A program made the translations under genes and the position numbers. Shown piece by piece: positions 16,548-25,470 of a stretch of 29,643 bases of DNA. The notes under the pieces were generated by a model. That model saw only the letters and a list, made by a program, of their open reading frames with translations. It was not told where the DNA came from and did no database searches. The DNA is from a candidate division WOR-3 bacterium (GTDB lineage: Bacteria; Hydrothermota; Hydrothermia; JBDRYB01), in contig JBMFOM010000012.1 of NCBI GenBank assembly GCA_049969615.1, positions 1 through 29,643 of the forward strand, read 5' to 3'. Numbering within the stretch: position 1 is the first letter of the stretch; each line of letters opens with the position of its first letter.

Positions 16548-17702
16548 CTAAAGCCCGCCCTTTCTGATCAGGTGCGCGGCAAGGAGCAGGCGTTGGATCT
16601 GGTTGGTTCCTTCGTAGATCTGGGTTATCTTGGCGTCCCGCATGTATTTTTCAACGATATATTCGGTGGTATAGCCATATCCACCGAAGATCTGAACCGC
16701 GTCCACCGTGACCTCCATGGCCACATCCGCTGGGAAGTATTTCGCCATAGCCGAAAGGTGGCCAACCTCCTTTGCGCCGGAGTCAATGTATCTCGCCACA
16801 GAGTAGAGGAGTGCCCTTGAGGCTTCTATCTTGGTAGCCATGTCCGCGAGCATGACCTGTATGGCCTGGAACGATGCTATGGGCTGACCGAACTGTTTGC
16901 GTTCCCTAGCGTATTTGAGCGCCTCCTCAAACGCGCCCTGGGCTATGCCGAGTGCCTGCGCGCCCACAGCGGGTCTCGTTCTGTCAAATGTCCTGGCTAC
17001 ATGTATAAACCCCATACCCTCCTTTCCGCCGAGCAGATTCTCGGCTGGGACCTCACAGTCCTCAAAGTAAATTTCCCTTTTTGTTGAGGCTCTTATACCC
17101 AGGGTCTCCTCAATCTTTCCGAAGGAGACGCCAGGATAGTCCTTCTCAACGATGAAGATGGAAAGGCCCCTCGCGCCGCGCTCCGGATCGGTTGATGCAA
17201 CGACTGTCATGATGTCCGCCTCGCCAGCGTTGGTGATGAACCTCTTTGTCCCGTTCAGGATATACCTTTCTCCCTTCTTAACCGCCCTAGTTTTAACTGA
17301 GCCAGCGTCAGAACCGGCGTCGGGTTCTGTCAGGGCGAACGCCGCGTATTTTTCGCCCCGAGCAACCGGGGGCAGGTATTTCTTTTTTTGTTCCTCGGTT
17401 CCGGCAACGATTATGGGTGTTGTCCCGAGGCCGTTCGCGCCAAAGGCTATTGCGGTTCCAGCCTCCGCGCGAGACAGCTCCTCAATTACCAGAACCGTAT
17501 ACATTATTTTGTCTCCGAAGCCCTCATACTCTTCTGGAATGAGTATTCTGAAGAAGTCCAGCTTTGCCATTTCCTCCAGAAGGTCGCGAGGATACTCGTG
17601 CCGTTCATCCAGCTCCCGGCGCCGGGGCATCAGGTAACGCTCCGTAAAATCCCTCGCTAGGGCCTTTATCTCCTTTTCATCGTCCGAGAGAAAGTAATCC
17701 AT
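16548..17702 (-). CDS. Acyl-CoA dehydrogenase
   Basis: FALTEPDAGSDA, NGTKRFITN, RKQFGQPI, GGYGY, IYEGTNQIQR. Confidence 0.95.
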   Translation of the reverse strand: MDYFLSDDEKEIKALARDFTERYLMPRRRELDERHEYPRDLLEEMAKLDFFRILIPEEYEGFGDKIMYTVLVIEELSRAEAGTAIAFGANGLGTTPIIVAGTEEQKKKYLPPVARGEKYAAFALTEPDAGSDAGSVKTRAVKKGERYILNGTKRFITNAGEADIMTVVASTDPERGARGLSIFIVEKDYPGVSFGKIEETLGIRASTKREIYFEDCEVPAENLLGGKEGMGFIHVARTFDRTRPAVGAQALGIAQGAFEEALKYARERKQFGQPIASFQAIQVMLADMATKIEASRALLYSVARYIDSGAKEVGHLSAMAKYFPADVAMEVTVDAVQIFGGYGYTTEYIVEKYMRDAKITQIYEGTNQIQRLLLAAHLIRKGGL

Positions 17703-17839
17703 AAGGGAGAAATGTTAAAGATTTTCGTCATCCCAAGGCAACATCAACAACAATTCCTCCCTTTTTTCCAATTCGTCCATAAGCTCAGGCGTTTTGACTA
17801 TTTTGCCAATCCTGACCGCCTGCTTTAAATTTCTAAGAT

Positions 17840-18460
17840 TCACTCTCCCTTGGTTTTTTCCCGAAATGAGACCCTGTTCTCTTTTCCCTCCAGTAATCTC
17901 TTTATGTTTGAGCGGTGTGTGAACCAGACTGTGATGGCTACTACCCCTGAGAGGATTGAAAGGGGAAGGGAACCCTGAACAAAGGTTATGAAGAGGAAAA
18001 CCGAGAGCGCGGCTATTATTGAAGCCAGCGAGACATATCTGCCTGCGAGGAATACTATGAGCCATATCCCTATCCCCACGGCCATTGCTATGGGATCAAG
18101 CGCGAGGAAAGCACCCAGGCCTGTAGCAATACCCTTGCCGCCCCTGAACCTGAGCCAAGGGGTAAAGATATGGCCCAAGAACGAACCGCAGAAGGCCGCG
18201 ATGCCTGGGTATATCCCAAACAAGAGCAGTGCGGCCCCGGTTGGCAGGAATCCCTTGAGGGCATCAAGAAAGAGGACCAGCGCGAACCCCCATTTCCCCA
18301 AAACCCTCCCCACATTCGTCGCACCGATGTTGCCACTGCCGGTTTTTCGGATGTCAATTCCCTTGGTTGCTCTGACTATAAGGAAACCGGTTGGAGTGCT
18401 ACCCAGAAGAAACGCGACAACGAAGGCAGAGGCTATTCCAATCACCGTAGGCCAAACCAT
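17840..18460 (-). CDS. plsY: Glycerol-3-phosphate acyltransferase PlsY
   Basis: GSGNIGATNVGR, DALKG, GHIF...FRGGKGIAT, HRSNIKRL. Confidence 0.93.
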   Translation of the reverse strand: MVWPTVIGIASAFVVAFLLGSTPTGFLIVRATKGIDIRKTGSGNIGATNVGRVLGKWGFALVLFLDALKGFLPTGAALLLFGIYPGIAAFCGSFLGHIFTPWLRFRGGKGIATGLGAFLALDPIAMAVGIGIWLIVFLAGRYVSLASIIAALSVFLFITFVQGSLPLSILSGVVAITVWFTHRSNIKRLLEGKENRVSFREKTKGE

Positions 18461-18571
18461 TCCAGCAACTCCTACCCTTCTTCAGACTCATTAGCATAAA
18501 GACAACCCTCATGAGAGGTCAAACCCTTACCCTTGAGTCCGGACAGGCATAAACCAGTAACGGACAGCTAT

Positions 18572-19033
18572 CTAAGCATATCCTTCTGGAGGGCCCTCAT
18601 CGGGTTCCTCCTCCGCTGGTAGGTCGTCAATGTCAACCCCGGCCTTGTCCATGACATGAGCACCCACGAATATCGGGCATCCCCAAAGAGTCGCTATACA
18701 TATGGAATCTGAGGGCCTGGCGTCCAGGGACAAAAGCTCACCGTTTTTCTTTATTATGAGCCTAGCGTAAAAGACATTTTCCCTGAGATCATTTATTATG
18801 ACCTTCTCAAGGGTCCCGCCCATCTCCTTTATCAGGTTTTTTATGAGGTCGTGGGTTAGGGGTCTCTCAAAGGTTATTCCGTGTAGCGCGCGCGCTATTG
18901 CCTCAGCCTCAAAGATGCCTATGGATACAGGGAGAAAACGCTGTCCATCTATCTCCTTGAGGAGAACGAGGTTGCTTTTGGTGTTGGGTTCGTAGAGAAC
19001 CCGAAAGATCTCAACCTGTATGAGGTTCTTCAA
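18572..19033 (-). CDS. Bifunctional nuclease family protein (DUF151)
   Basis: LPVSIGIFEAEAI, RPLTHDL, DARPSD; TTG start. Confidence 0.9.
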   Translation of the reverse strand: MKNLIQVEIFRVLYEPNTKSNLVLLKEIDGQRFLPVSIGIFEAEAIARALHGITFERPLTHDLIKNLIKEMGGTLEKVIINDLRENVFYARLIIKKNGELLSLDARPSDSICIATLWGCPIFVGAHVMDKAGVDIDDLPAEEEPDEGPPEGYA

Positions 19034-19034
19034 A

Positions 19035-19490
19035 TCACTCCTTGGGGACCACCCGGACCTTCAGGGGTGCGGTGAAGTCTGGGCCCAACCTGACCTCCAC
19101 GGTGTATTCTCCGAGGGCTTTTATCGGTTTTTCAAGGTGCAGGGCACCCTTCTCAATGTCAATGCCGGCCTCCGCTAGTTTCTCAAGGATGTCTGAGGCC
19201 TTCACTGAGCCAAAGGCTTTCCCCTCCTCTCCCACGAGGAGGCTCACCTCAACCGTAAGCTCGGAAAGCCTAGCCGCGATGGCCTCCGCGGTCTCCCGTA
19301 GCCTTTGGGCCTTGAGCTGGTGTATTTTTTTGAGTTCCTCATATCTCTTGAGGTTCTCTGGAGTGGCAATAACCGCAAGGCCCCTGGGCAGAAGAAAATT
19401 TCTGGCATAACCGCCATTAACGCTCCTGGTCTCGCCGGCCGCGCCGAGGCCCTTTACATCCCTTATGAGTATGACCTTCACCGTGCTCAT
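19035..19490 (-). CDS. rplI: 50S ribosomal protein L9
   Basis: KVILIRDVKGLG, GYARNFLLPRGLA, FGSV. Confidence 0.96.
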   Translation of the reverse strand: MSTVKVILIRDVKGLGAAGETRSVNGGYARNFLLPRGLAVIATPENLKRYEELKKIHQLKAQRLRETAEAIAARLSELTVEVSLLVGEEGKAFGSVKASDILEKLAEAGIDIEKGALHLEKPIKALGEYTVEVRLGPDFTAPLKVRVVPKE

Positions 19491-19497
19491 GCTAACC

Positions 19498-19719
19498 TCA
19501 CGAGTAGTATGATTGCAGGAATGGCAGGAGAGCCATGATCCTCGCCCTCTTTATGGCCTTCGCGAGGCGCCTCTGGTGATACGCGCAAACGCCACTTGAG
19601 CGACTGGAGAACATTTTTCCCCTCTGGGTTATGTAGCGTTTCAGGGTCTCGGTGTCTTTGTAATCTATAGACCTGAGATCAGCCTTACAGAACTCGCATG
19701 TTCTTTTTTTTCTGGGCAT
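19498..19719 (-). CDS. rpsR: 30S ribosomal protein S18
   Basis: [29 protein letters not shown]. Confidence 0.96.
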   Translation of the reverse strand: MPRKKRTCEFCKADLRSIDYKDTETLKRYITQRGKMFSSRSSGVCAYHQRRLAKAIKRARIMALLPFLQSYYS

Positions 19720-19728
19720 CTTGCTACC

Positions 19729-20160
19729 TCAAAATGGAAGCTCTTCCTCTGGTATACCCTCGTCAAAATCGGGCATGACATCGGGGGTTGCGGGCACCTC
19801 TGTCTCGGTAGAATCAGCGGCCGCTTTGTCCAGGGACTGGACACGTATGGCCTGTATCTCTATGATGCTCCTTTTCTGTCCCTCAGACTCCCACTGTCGG
19901 TAAGCCAGGCGCCCTTCCACCACAACCGCAGAGCCTTTGACGAGCTTTCCGCCCATCCGTTCCGCGTTGGGGCCCCAGACGGTTACCCTTATGAACAGGG
20001 TATCATCCTTCCACTCATCGCCGACCAGATAGCGTCTGTTGGAGGCCAATTGCATGTTTAGGACTGGCCTTCCGGTGGGGGTATATCTCAGTTCCGGGTC
20101 ATGGGTGAGCCGCCCGGAGAGTATCACATAGTTTATGCTCGGCAAACGGAGCTCTGCCAT
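19729..20160 (-). CDS. ssb: Single-stranded DNA-binding protein
   Basis: GRLTHDPELRYT, VEGRL, acidic tail EEELPF. Confidence 0.96.
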   Translation of the reverse strand: MAELRLPSINYVILSGRLTHDPELRYTPTGRPVLNMQLASNRRYLVGDEWKDDTLFIRVTVWGPNAERMGGKLVKGSAVVVEGRLAYRQWESEGQKRSIIEIQAIRVQSLDKAAADSTETEVPATPDVMPDFDEGIPEEELPF

Positions 20161-20161
20161 G

Positions 20162-20443
20162 TCAATCCTCCTTTATGACGATGCCACGAATTATGTCCGG
20201 GTTCATCCTGAACTCCTGGTAAAGATCACCCGGGACATCTGGCGGCGCGGAGAACTGAATCACCAGATAGAAGCCCTCCCTGTGGCCTTTTATCTCGTAG
20301 GCCATCTCGCGCCTTCCCCATTCGTCCACGCTTACCACTTCACCTTTCTTTGATATTATGCTCTTTATCCTTTCGCCCAGCCTGGCTATTGCCTCGTCCT
20401 CAAGGGCCGGGTTCAGGATAACCATGGTCTCGTATTTCTTCAT
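20162..20443 (-). CDS. rpsF: 30S ribosomal protein S6
   Basis: YETMVILNP, WGRREMAYEI; rpsF-ssb-rpsR-rplI context. Confidence 0.96.
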   Translation of the reverse strand: MKKYETMVILNPALEDEAIARLGERIKSIISKKGEVVSVDEWGRREMAYEIKGHREGFYLVIQFSAPPDVPGDLYQEFRMNPDIIRGIVIKED

Positions 20444-20472
20444 GCTATCTCCTCGGACCCGCAGAGCGGGGG
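20444..20472 (-). promoter_or_regulatory. Putative S6:S18 autoregulatory leader
   Basis: Hairpin CCCGC-TCT-GCGGG followed by CCG directly before the AGGAG SD of rpsF. Confidence 0.45.
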
Positions 20473-20495
20473 TCGGTTTTTCCGACCGGTTTTTA

Positions 20496-20578
20496 TGGAG
20501 GGAGGAGGATTTGAACCTCCGTAGGCGTCAGCCAGCGGGTTTACAGCCCGCCCCCTTTGGCCGCTTGGGTATCCCTCC
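20496..20578 (-). tRNA. tRNA-Tyr (GTA)
   Basis: GGAGGGA/TCCCTCC acceptor stem, GCGGG-CTGTAAA-CCCGC anticodon arm, long variable arm, GGTTCAAATCC; CCA not encoded. Confidence 0.95.
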
Positions 20579-20610
20579 GGGGTTTTCCTAAAGGAGTCCT
20601 CTTATTCAAG

Positions 20611-20684
20611 AGCTGGTGGTGGGACTTGAACCCACAACCTGCTGATTACAAATCAGCTGCTCTGCCGGGTTGAGCTACACCAGC
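20611..20684 (-). tRNA. tRNA-Thr (TGT)
   Basis: GCTGGTG/CACCAGC acceptor stem, CTGAT-TTGTAA-TCAG anticodon region, GGTTCAAGTCC; CCA not encoded. Confidence 0.95.
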
Positions 20685-20690
20685 AGAGCG

Positions 20691-20805
20691 AAATTATAAC
20701 CCATTCCCCACGCAGGATCAAACATTTGTTTATGTGGGAAGGCCAACAGATCGGCAATAATCCTGAGTTTTTAACCCCAGATTTGCGGCAGGCCAGGTTC
20801 CAAAG
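20691..20805 (-). repeat. Repeat family 2 copy supplying the TTGATC-N17-TATAAT promoter (20693-20721) of the tRNA/rpsF operon
   Basis: Aligns with 10052-10157; the -10 ends 8 nt before the tRNA-Thr 5' end. Confidence 0.7.
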
Positions 20806-20904
20806 GGCGGATGAGCAACCTCAAATGGGTTGACTTTCTTAGTAATTCAAAGCTTACAGCTTGCCATAAAATCCGAGTCATGGCCATTTGTTTTTCGCCG
20901 AGGC

Positions 20905-21894
20905 CTACACCGCCCTCGCGTATATCCCCCAGGTCATTATAGCGACGAAAACCGCACTTCCAACAGGCAAGGAAAGCCAGGGCCAGCAGGCTGTCATCAC
21001 GCCCAGGATGCAGGCTATAACGCTGGCACCCAGCAGGATAAATACAGTAGTCCGAATACTCCTTGTGGCCGCGAATATCTTGTGATGAAAGTGATCCCTG
21101 TCCGCGCCGAATAGATGGGCCCTGTGCCGCAGTCTGCGGATTATCGCGAAGAAGGTATCCATTATAGGAAAAACCGCCAGGAGTATTGCGGGGATTACCA
21201 GAAACCCGGAGTCCGTGTTCATGACATTTATTGCCATCAGCGCGACGATGTAGCCGATAAAATGACTGCCCATGTCTCCCATAAAAACCTGGGCGGGAGG
21301 TGAGTTGAGGAAGAGGAACCCAGCCACAACCCCGGCCATCATCAGCGCACCCCACCAGACGATCTGGTGGCCCGCAACCTGGCCCAAGAATGCTATGGCA
21401 ACGAAAGCGGCAATCGCGAGTGAACCAGCGAGGCCATCCAGGCCATCAGCAAAGTTGAAGGCGTTCATCATGCCCACCAGGAAGAAAACGGTAAATATGG
21501 CGCCAAGAGGCTCTGGAAGCGGGATAGAGAAAAACCCAAAGGAGAGCGCGGCGACCTTGAAACCCAGAAACCAGGTTATCGCGGCTATGGCTGTTTGGAC
21601 TATGAGCTTTATCCAGGCCTTCATGCCCCAGAGGTCATCAGCAATTCCGAGCGCAAGGAGCATAGTTCCGGGTATGAGTAGCCACCTGTGACCGTTGTTA
21701 TCCAAGAAGGCCCACATTAAAAACGGGATGTAAAAGACAATTCCTGCGCCGCGCGGTATCTTTCCGTTGTGGAGTTTGCGCTTGGCAGTCCCGTCCATGA
21801 AGAGGCCGGTTTTTCTGGAGAATAACAGGAAACCCCAGGTTCCCGAAAGACCCAAGAGGAATGATAGGACTACTAATCCATAAAATATCCACAT
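20905..21894 (-). CDS. MraY/WecA/TagO-family polyprenyl-phosphate GlcNAc-1-phosphate transferase
   Basis: IPRGAG, GIADD, NAFNFADGLDGLA, FMGDMGS, ADRDHFHH. Confidence 0.92.
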   Translation of the reverse strand: MWIFYGLVVLSFLLGLSGTWGFLLFSRKTGLFMDGTAKRKLHNGKIPRGAGIVFYIPFLMWAFLDNNGHRWLLIPGTMLLALGIADDLWGMKAWIKLIVQTAIAAITWFLGFKVAALSFGFFSIPLPEPLGAIFTVFFLVGMMNAFNFADGLDGLAGSLAIAAFVAIAFLGQVAGHQIVWWGALMMAGVVAGFLFLNSPPAQVFMGDMGSHFIGYIVALMAINVMNTDSGFLVIPAILLAVFPIMDTFFAIIRRLRHRAHLFGADRDHFHHKIFAATRSIRTTVFILLGASVIACILGVMTACWPWLSLPVGSAVFVAIMTWGIYARAV

Positions 21895-21908
21895 TGTGCC
21901 AGTAATAA

Positions 21909-21937
21909 ATTATAACCGATCCGGCGTGTATGATCAA
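21909..21937 (-). promoter_or_regulatory. sigma70-type promoter TTGATC-N17-TATAAT
   Basis: Minus strand ttgatc atacacgccggatcggt tataat, overlapping the gatA stop codon. Confidence 0.6.
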
Positions 21938-23361
21938 TTGAGAAGTTCTTCCAGCCTCAGCGCGGCGACAAAGAGCGTTTCTTCGTGTATTCGCGGAGCC
22001 GCAAGATGGATTCCGGGCCTGAAACCAGAGGTATCGGGATGTCCGGGAACGCTTATGCCAGGAACGCCAACCAGATTCGCGGCCGCGGTCAGGGTGTCCA
22101 TCAGATATACTGCCAGCGGATCAGAGAGTTTCTCACCTTTCTTGGCCGGAGGAACCGGGAAGGTCGGCGAGAGAATCACATCAACCTCACGGAAGGCTTC
22201 CTGGTAGTCCCTTGCTATGAGGGCTCTCACCTTTTGTGCCCTTCCGAAATACTGCTCCTGGTATCCCGCGGAGAGCACGAACGCGCCCGCGGCTATCCTG
22301 CGTTGAACCTCTGGCCCAAAACCGGCTGATCTTGTGGCGACATACATCTCCTCAAGGCTGGTGAACTCCTCGGCCCTGAACCCATATCTGATACCATCAA
22401 ATCTGGCGAGGTTGGAGGAACACTCTGCCGCGACTATTATCTGGTAGCAAGGGATAACATAGCGGGTGTGGGGCAACGAGATTTCCTTTAGGAAAAACCC
22501 GTCCCTCTCAAGGAGCCTCGCCGCGTTCTCCACTGCCGACGCAACGCTGGGGTCAGTTCCTTCGCCGAAGTATTCTTTCGGTAGCCCGACCCTGAGCTTC
22601 GCTTTTGGATAGGCCTCAAGTATATCCTGGGCTAATGGGAGCGGTTCCGTTGATGTGGTTGAGTCCATTGGGTCGTGGCCAGCCATTATCAAGAATACCT
22701 TGAGACTATCCCTGACAGAGTGCGAGATGACGCCTATCTGGTCAAGAGAGGAGGCGAAGGCTATGAGGCCATAACGGGAAACCCTGCCGTAAGAGGGTTT
22801 GAACCCAACAACGCCGCACCACGCCGCAGGCTGACGAATGGAACCGCCGGTGTCAGTCCCGAGCGCAACCGGGACCATGCCGGCGCCTACCGCGGCCGCG
22901 GAGCCGGAGGATGTACCTCCAGGAACATGCTCAGGGTTTATCGGATTTGATGTGGGGCCGAAGTATGAATATTCCCCGGTTGAACCCATGGCGAACTCGT
23001 CCATGTTGGTTTTACCGACAACTATACAGCCGGCTTCTAGCAGTCGGGATAGGGCTGTCGCGTTGTACGGAGGTCTATATCCGAGGAGCATTCGGGAAGC
23101 GCATGTTGTCTCGTGATCCTTGTAACAGATGTTGTCCTTGACCGCGATGGGGATTCCCCAGAGAGGGGGAAGGGGATCAGGGGGATTCCCTAGAGCAAAT
23201 GCCTGAGCCTTAGCCTCCTCTAGAAACAGGCTCGTAAAAGCGTTGATGATCGGTTCCTTTTCCTCTATTACCGAGGCCACGCGCGCCATGACATCCGGCG
23301 GACCCAGCTCACCCCGGCCATAGAGCTCGTGTATCTCATCTATAGTATTCAAGGAACTCAT
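21934..23361 (-). CDS. gatA: Asp-tRNA(Asn)/Glu-tRNA(Gln) amidotransferase subunit A
   Basis: KDNI, GKTNMDEFAMGS, GGTSSGSAA, GTDTGGSIRQPA, SNLARFDGIRYG, GFGPEVQRRI; start moved to ATG 23361. Confidence 0.92.
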   Translation of the reverse strand: MSSLNTIDEIHELYGRGELGPPDVMARVASVIEEKEPIINAFTSLFLEEAKAQAFALGNPPDPLPPLWGIPIAVKDNICYKDHETTCASRMLLGYRPPYNATALSRLLEAGCIVVGKTNMDEFAMGSTGEYSYFGPTSNPINPEHVPGGTSSGSAAAVGAGMVPVALGTDTGGSIRQPAAWCGVVGFKPSYGRVSRYGLIAFASSLDQIGVISHSVRDSLKVFLIMAGHDPMDSTTSTEPLPLAQDILEAYPKAKLRVGLPKEYFGEGTDPSVASAVENAARLLERDGFFLKEISLPHTRYVIPCYQIIVAAECSSNLARFDGIRYGFRAEEFTSLEEMYVATRSAGFGPEVQRRIAAGAFVLSAGYQEQYFGRAQKVRALIARDYQEAFREVDVILSPTFPVPPAKKGEKLSDPLAVYLMDTLTAAANLVGVPGISVPGHPDTSGFRPGIHLAAPRIHEETLFVAALRLEELLN

Positions 23362-23884
23362 GGCTTCTCTCGTATCCCATCCTAAAGGCCTCGGAGTTGC
23401 CCTCAAGGAACCTCGGAGACACATCCTCGGAAAGGGCTCTGTCCGCGTGCTCTGGATCGGTTGCCCCTGTTAGTCCAGCGATGAAACCTATGGCAATCAT
23501 GTTCGCCATCATGGGGTTACCTATCTCGTCAGATGCCAGGAGGGTGAATGGAAACCGCAGGACCCTGGCCATGTGCTTTTTCTTCAGTTGCACGAATTCC
23601 CCGTCCAAAAGCAGGAGCTTGGTTGGCTCGTGGGGTAGAACATACTTATCGTAGGAGCTCTGGTCAAACGCGAAGGAGATGGCCGTGGCCTCCGGAAAGG
23701 GAAAATCTATTGGTTCGTCTGAGATCACTATCTCGGCCGCCGTGAGGCCCCCGCGAACCTCGGCTCCGTATATTGCTCCATAGGAGGCGAACCTGCCTGA
23801 TTTGGCCGCGGCCTTGGCCAGAACAGCGCCCGCCAGCACGACCCCTCGGCCGCCAGAACCAGCCATAAGTATTTCCGTTCTCAT
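23336..23884 (-). CDS. 2-oxoacid:ferredoxin oxidoreductase gamma subunit
   Basis: AGSGGRGVVLAG, YGAEVRGG, NMIAIG; start at ATG 23884. Confidence 0.88.
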   Translation of the reverse strand: MRTEILMAGSGGRGVVLAGAVLAKAAAKSGRFASYGAIYGAEVRGGLTAAEIVISDEPIDFPFPEATAISFAFDQSSYDKYVLPHEPTKLLLLDGEFVQLKKKHMARVLRFPFTLLASDEIGNPMMANMIAIGFIAGLTGATDPEHADRALSEDVSPRFLEGNSEAFRMGYERSHEFLEYYR

Positions 23885-23956
23885 ATCGTATCCTTCAAGC
23901 TCGTTTCCAGCTCGGGTTTTTTGACCCGTTGTATGGACAGGCACAAAGGCCCGCCA

Positions 23957-24409
23957 CTACTTCTCCACTGAAACCCTAAAACCTTTCTCCCACCATTCAG
24001 ATGGCCCATCAGACTTGTTGACCCTTAACATCAGGACGGGATGGGAGATCATCTGTGCAGCTACCTCCTTAGGGGGCGTCTCTTTGACCCTCATGACCAG
24101 CATCGGATTTTTCCCCTTCACGAGAGAAAGCCCCTTGACCTCAAACTTGTAGCCGAGGGTAGGCCTGGTTCCGGGGAAATAGGCCAAGACCAGTTGGGTT
24201 TCAAAGTCCACCCGTGGTATCGCCGCGGGCTTGTCCATCATGTAACCCATAACTTGGCCCCAAAGACCGGCAAAGGACTCCTCGTCAGCTACAACAATGA
24301 GGGTCTCTCGGTCAAACCCGCCCATAGAAACGTTGTAGAACTCCTCAAATCCGAGGACATACTCGTGAGTTCCGGAACCGCACAATAGAAACATGAAGAT
24401 TGCGTTCAT
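23957..24409 (-). CDS. PrcB C-terminal-domain (protease complex subunit PrcB family) protein
   Basis: PRVDFETQLVLAYFPGTRPTLGY...AAQMISHP; N-terminal hydrophobic stretch. Confidence 0.75.
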   Translation of the reverse strand: MNAIFMFLLCGSGTHEYVLGFEEFYNVSMGGFDRETLIVVADEESFAGLWGQVMGYMMDKPAAIPRVDFETQLVLAYFPGTRPTLGYKFEVKGLSLVKGKNPMLVMRVKETPPKEVAAQMISHPVLMLRVNKSDGPSEWWEKGFRVSVEK

Positions 24410-24621
24410 GGTTTTATCTCAACTGCAACTTTTGTTTTCGTCCACCACAGCTTAGGAAGATAGCTTATGCTCTTCTTTATAGAGATGAGGTAGATAGGCC
24501 TTATCATCGTTCCTTCGCTCAATCCTCCCGAATCCGAGGCATATATTACCTTATAATCACCCGGGTTCAGGCCACAATCGGCTGGCATCACGCTCATTAC
24601 GGATAGAATTATTTCTTGCAT
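24406..24621 (-). CDS. Short PrcB-like paralog lacking the central region
   Basis: GGLSEGT resembles GGFDRET and MIRPIYLISIKKS...WW...VAVE resembles MISHPVLMLRVNKS...WW...VSVE of 23957-24409. Confidence 0.5.
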   Translation of the reverse strand: MQEIILSVMSVMPADCGLNPGDYKVIYASDSGGLSEGTMIRPIYLISIKKSISYLPKLWWTKTKVAVEIKP

Positions 24622-25172
24622 TTGATCAAAGAGAGCCCTATAGTCCTTACCTTATCCCTAGGCACCTCTATTATCACATAGGGGCTGGTTATAACCTGCG
24701 CGAGCATGGAACCTTTGGGCGGGCACTTTTCCCTCGCGACCAAGACGGCATCGCCATTATCCTTTATAGGATAAACCGAAACAGCGGCCGAATCAAGTCC
24801 ATCCTGCGCGAGCAATGGCTTTACCTCCCAATCCCAGATGCTATTTCCGTCAACCCCAGCCTCGTTGTAGAAGACCGAGTAGATGGCAATAGGCTCTATG
24901 GCGTAGCCAGCGGTTGGTCTCTTCCCTAGGAAGGCCATGACCAGTATGACATCCGGAAAATCCGGCATGATGTTCATCTTCTCAGATATGCCGAAGTCGG
25001 AAATGGCCTTTATCAACTCATCGTTGTTCCGGCAAACAATAACGGTTTCCCTCTCGGCCTTGCATGTGGGGCCAGCCAGAACAACGCTGAAACTCACCTT
25101 CTCAACGCCGGGCGGGCCAGCGTTGGAGAAAACGAAAAGGGTAAGGAATGATGTCATAGTCATTGCGAGCAC
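24609..25172 (-). CDS. PrcB-family protein
   Basis: PDFPDVILVMAFLGKRPTAGYAI...LAQVITSPYVII. Confidence 0.75.
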   Translation of the reverse strand: MLAMTMTSFLTLFVFSNAGPPGVEKVSFSVVLAGPTCKAERETVIVCRNNDELIKAISDFGISEKMNIMPDFPDVILVMAFLGKRPTAGYAIEPIAIYSVFYNEAGVDGNSIWDWEVKPLLAQDGLDSAAVSVYPIKDNGDAVLVAREKCPPKGSMLAQVITSPYVIIEVPRDKVRTIGLSLIKCKK

Positions 25173-25384
25173 CTCACGAACCTAACATGGACCTGCATTA
25201 GCTTGTGGTTAGGAACCGCCAGGATCACATATGGGCTGGTTATCAACTCCTTATCGTTCCTGCAGAAACAGAGGGTTTCGGAGAGGGCAGAGGAGATACT
25301 GCCTCCGCCTATGACCGAGAAACCTATCTTCTCAGCGTGCGGTGGGCCAGGGTTTGCCAATAACAAGGCCAGCATAATGGCCAT
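25160..25384 (-). CDS. Short PrcB-like paralog with in-frame internal deletion
   Basis: NPGPPHAEKIGFSV...CRNDKEL joined directly to ITSPYVI, versus NAGPPGVEKVSFSV...CRNNDELI [about 115 aa] ITSPYVI in 24609-25172; GAGGTG SD. Confidence 0.6.
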   Translation of the reverse strand: MAIMLALLLANPGPPHAEKIGFSVIGGGSISSALSETLCFCRNDKELITSPYVILAVPNHKLMQVHVRFVRCSQ

Positions 25385-25470
25385 ATCTCACCTCTTTATG
25401 TTTGACCCTTTTCGGCGGCATTTGTTCCCCGATGTTCTTACGGAATCCTGCTCGCCCAGGTTTGTCCTCA

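Noticed and set aside
18503-18520. caaccctc-at-gagaggtc resembling the IS110 end and target
   Set aside because: Only 7-8 nt matches, not in the arrangement expected for an insertion or empty site; probably chance.
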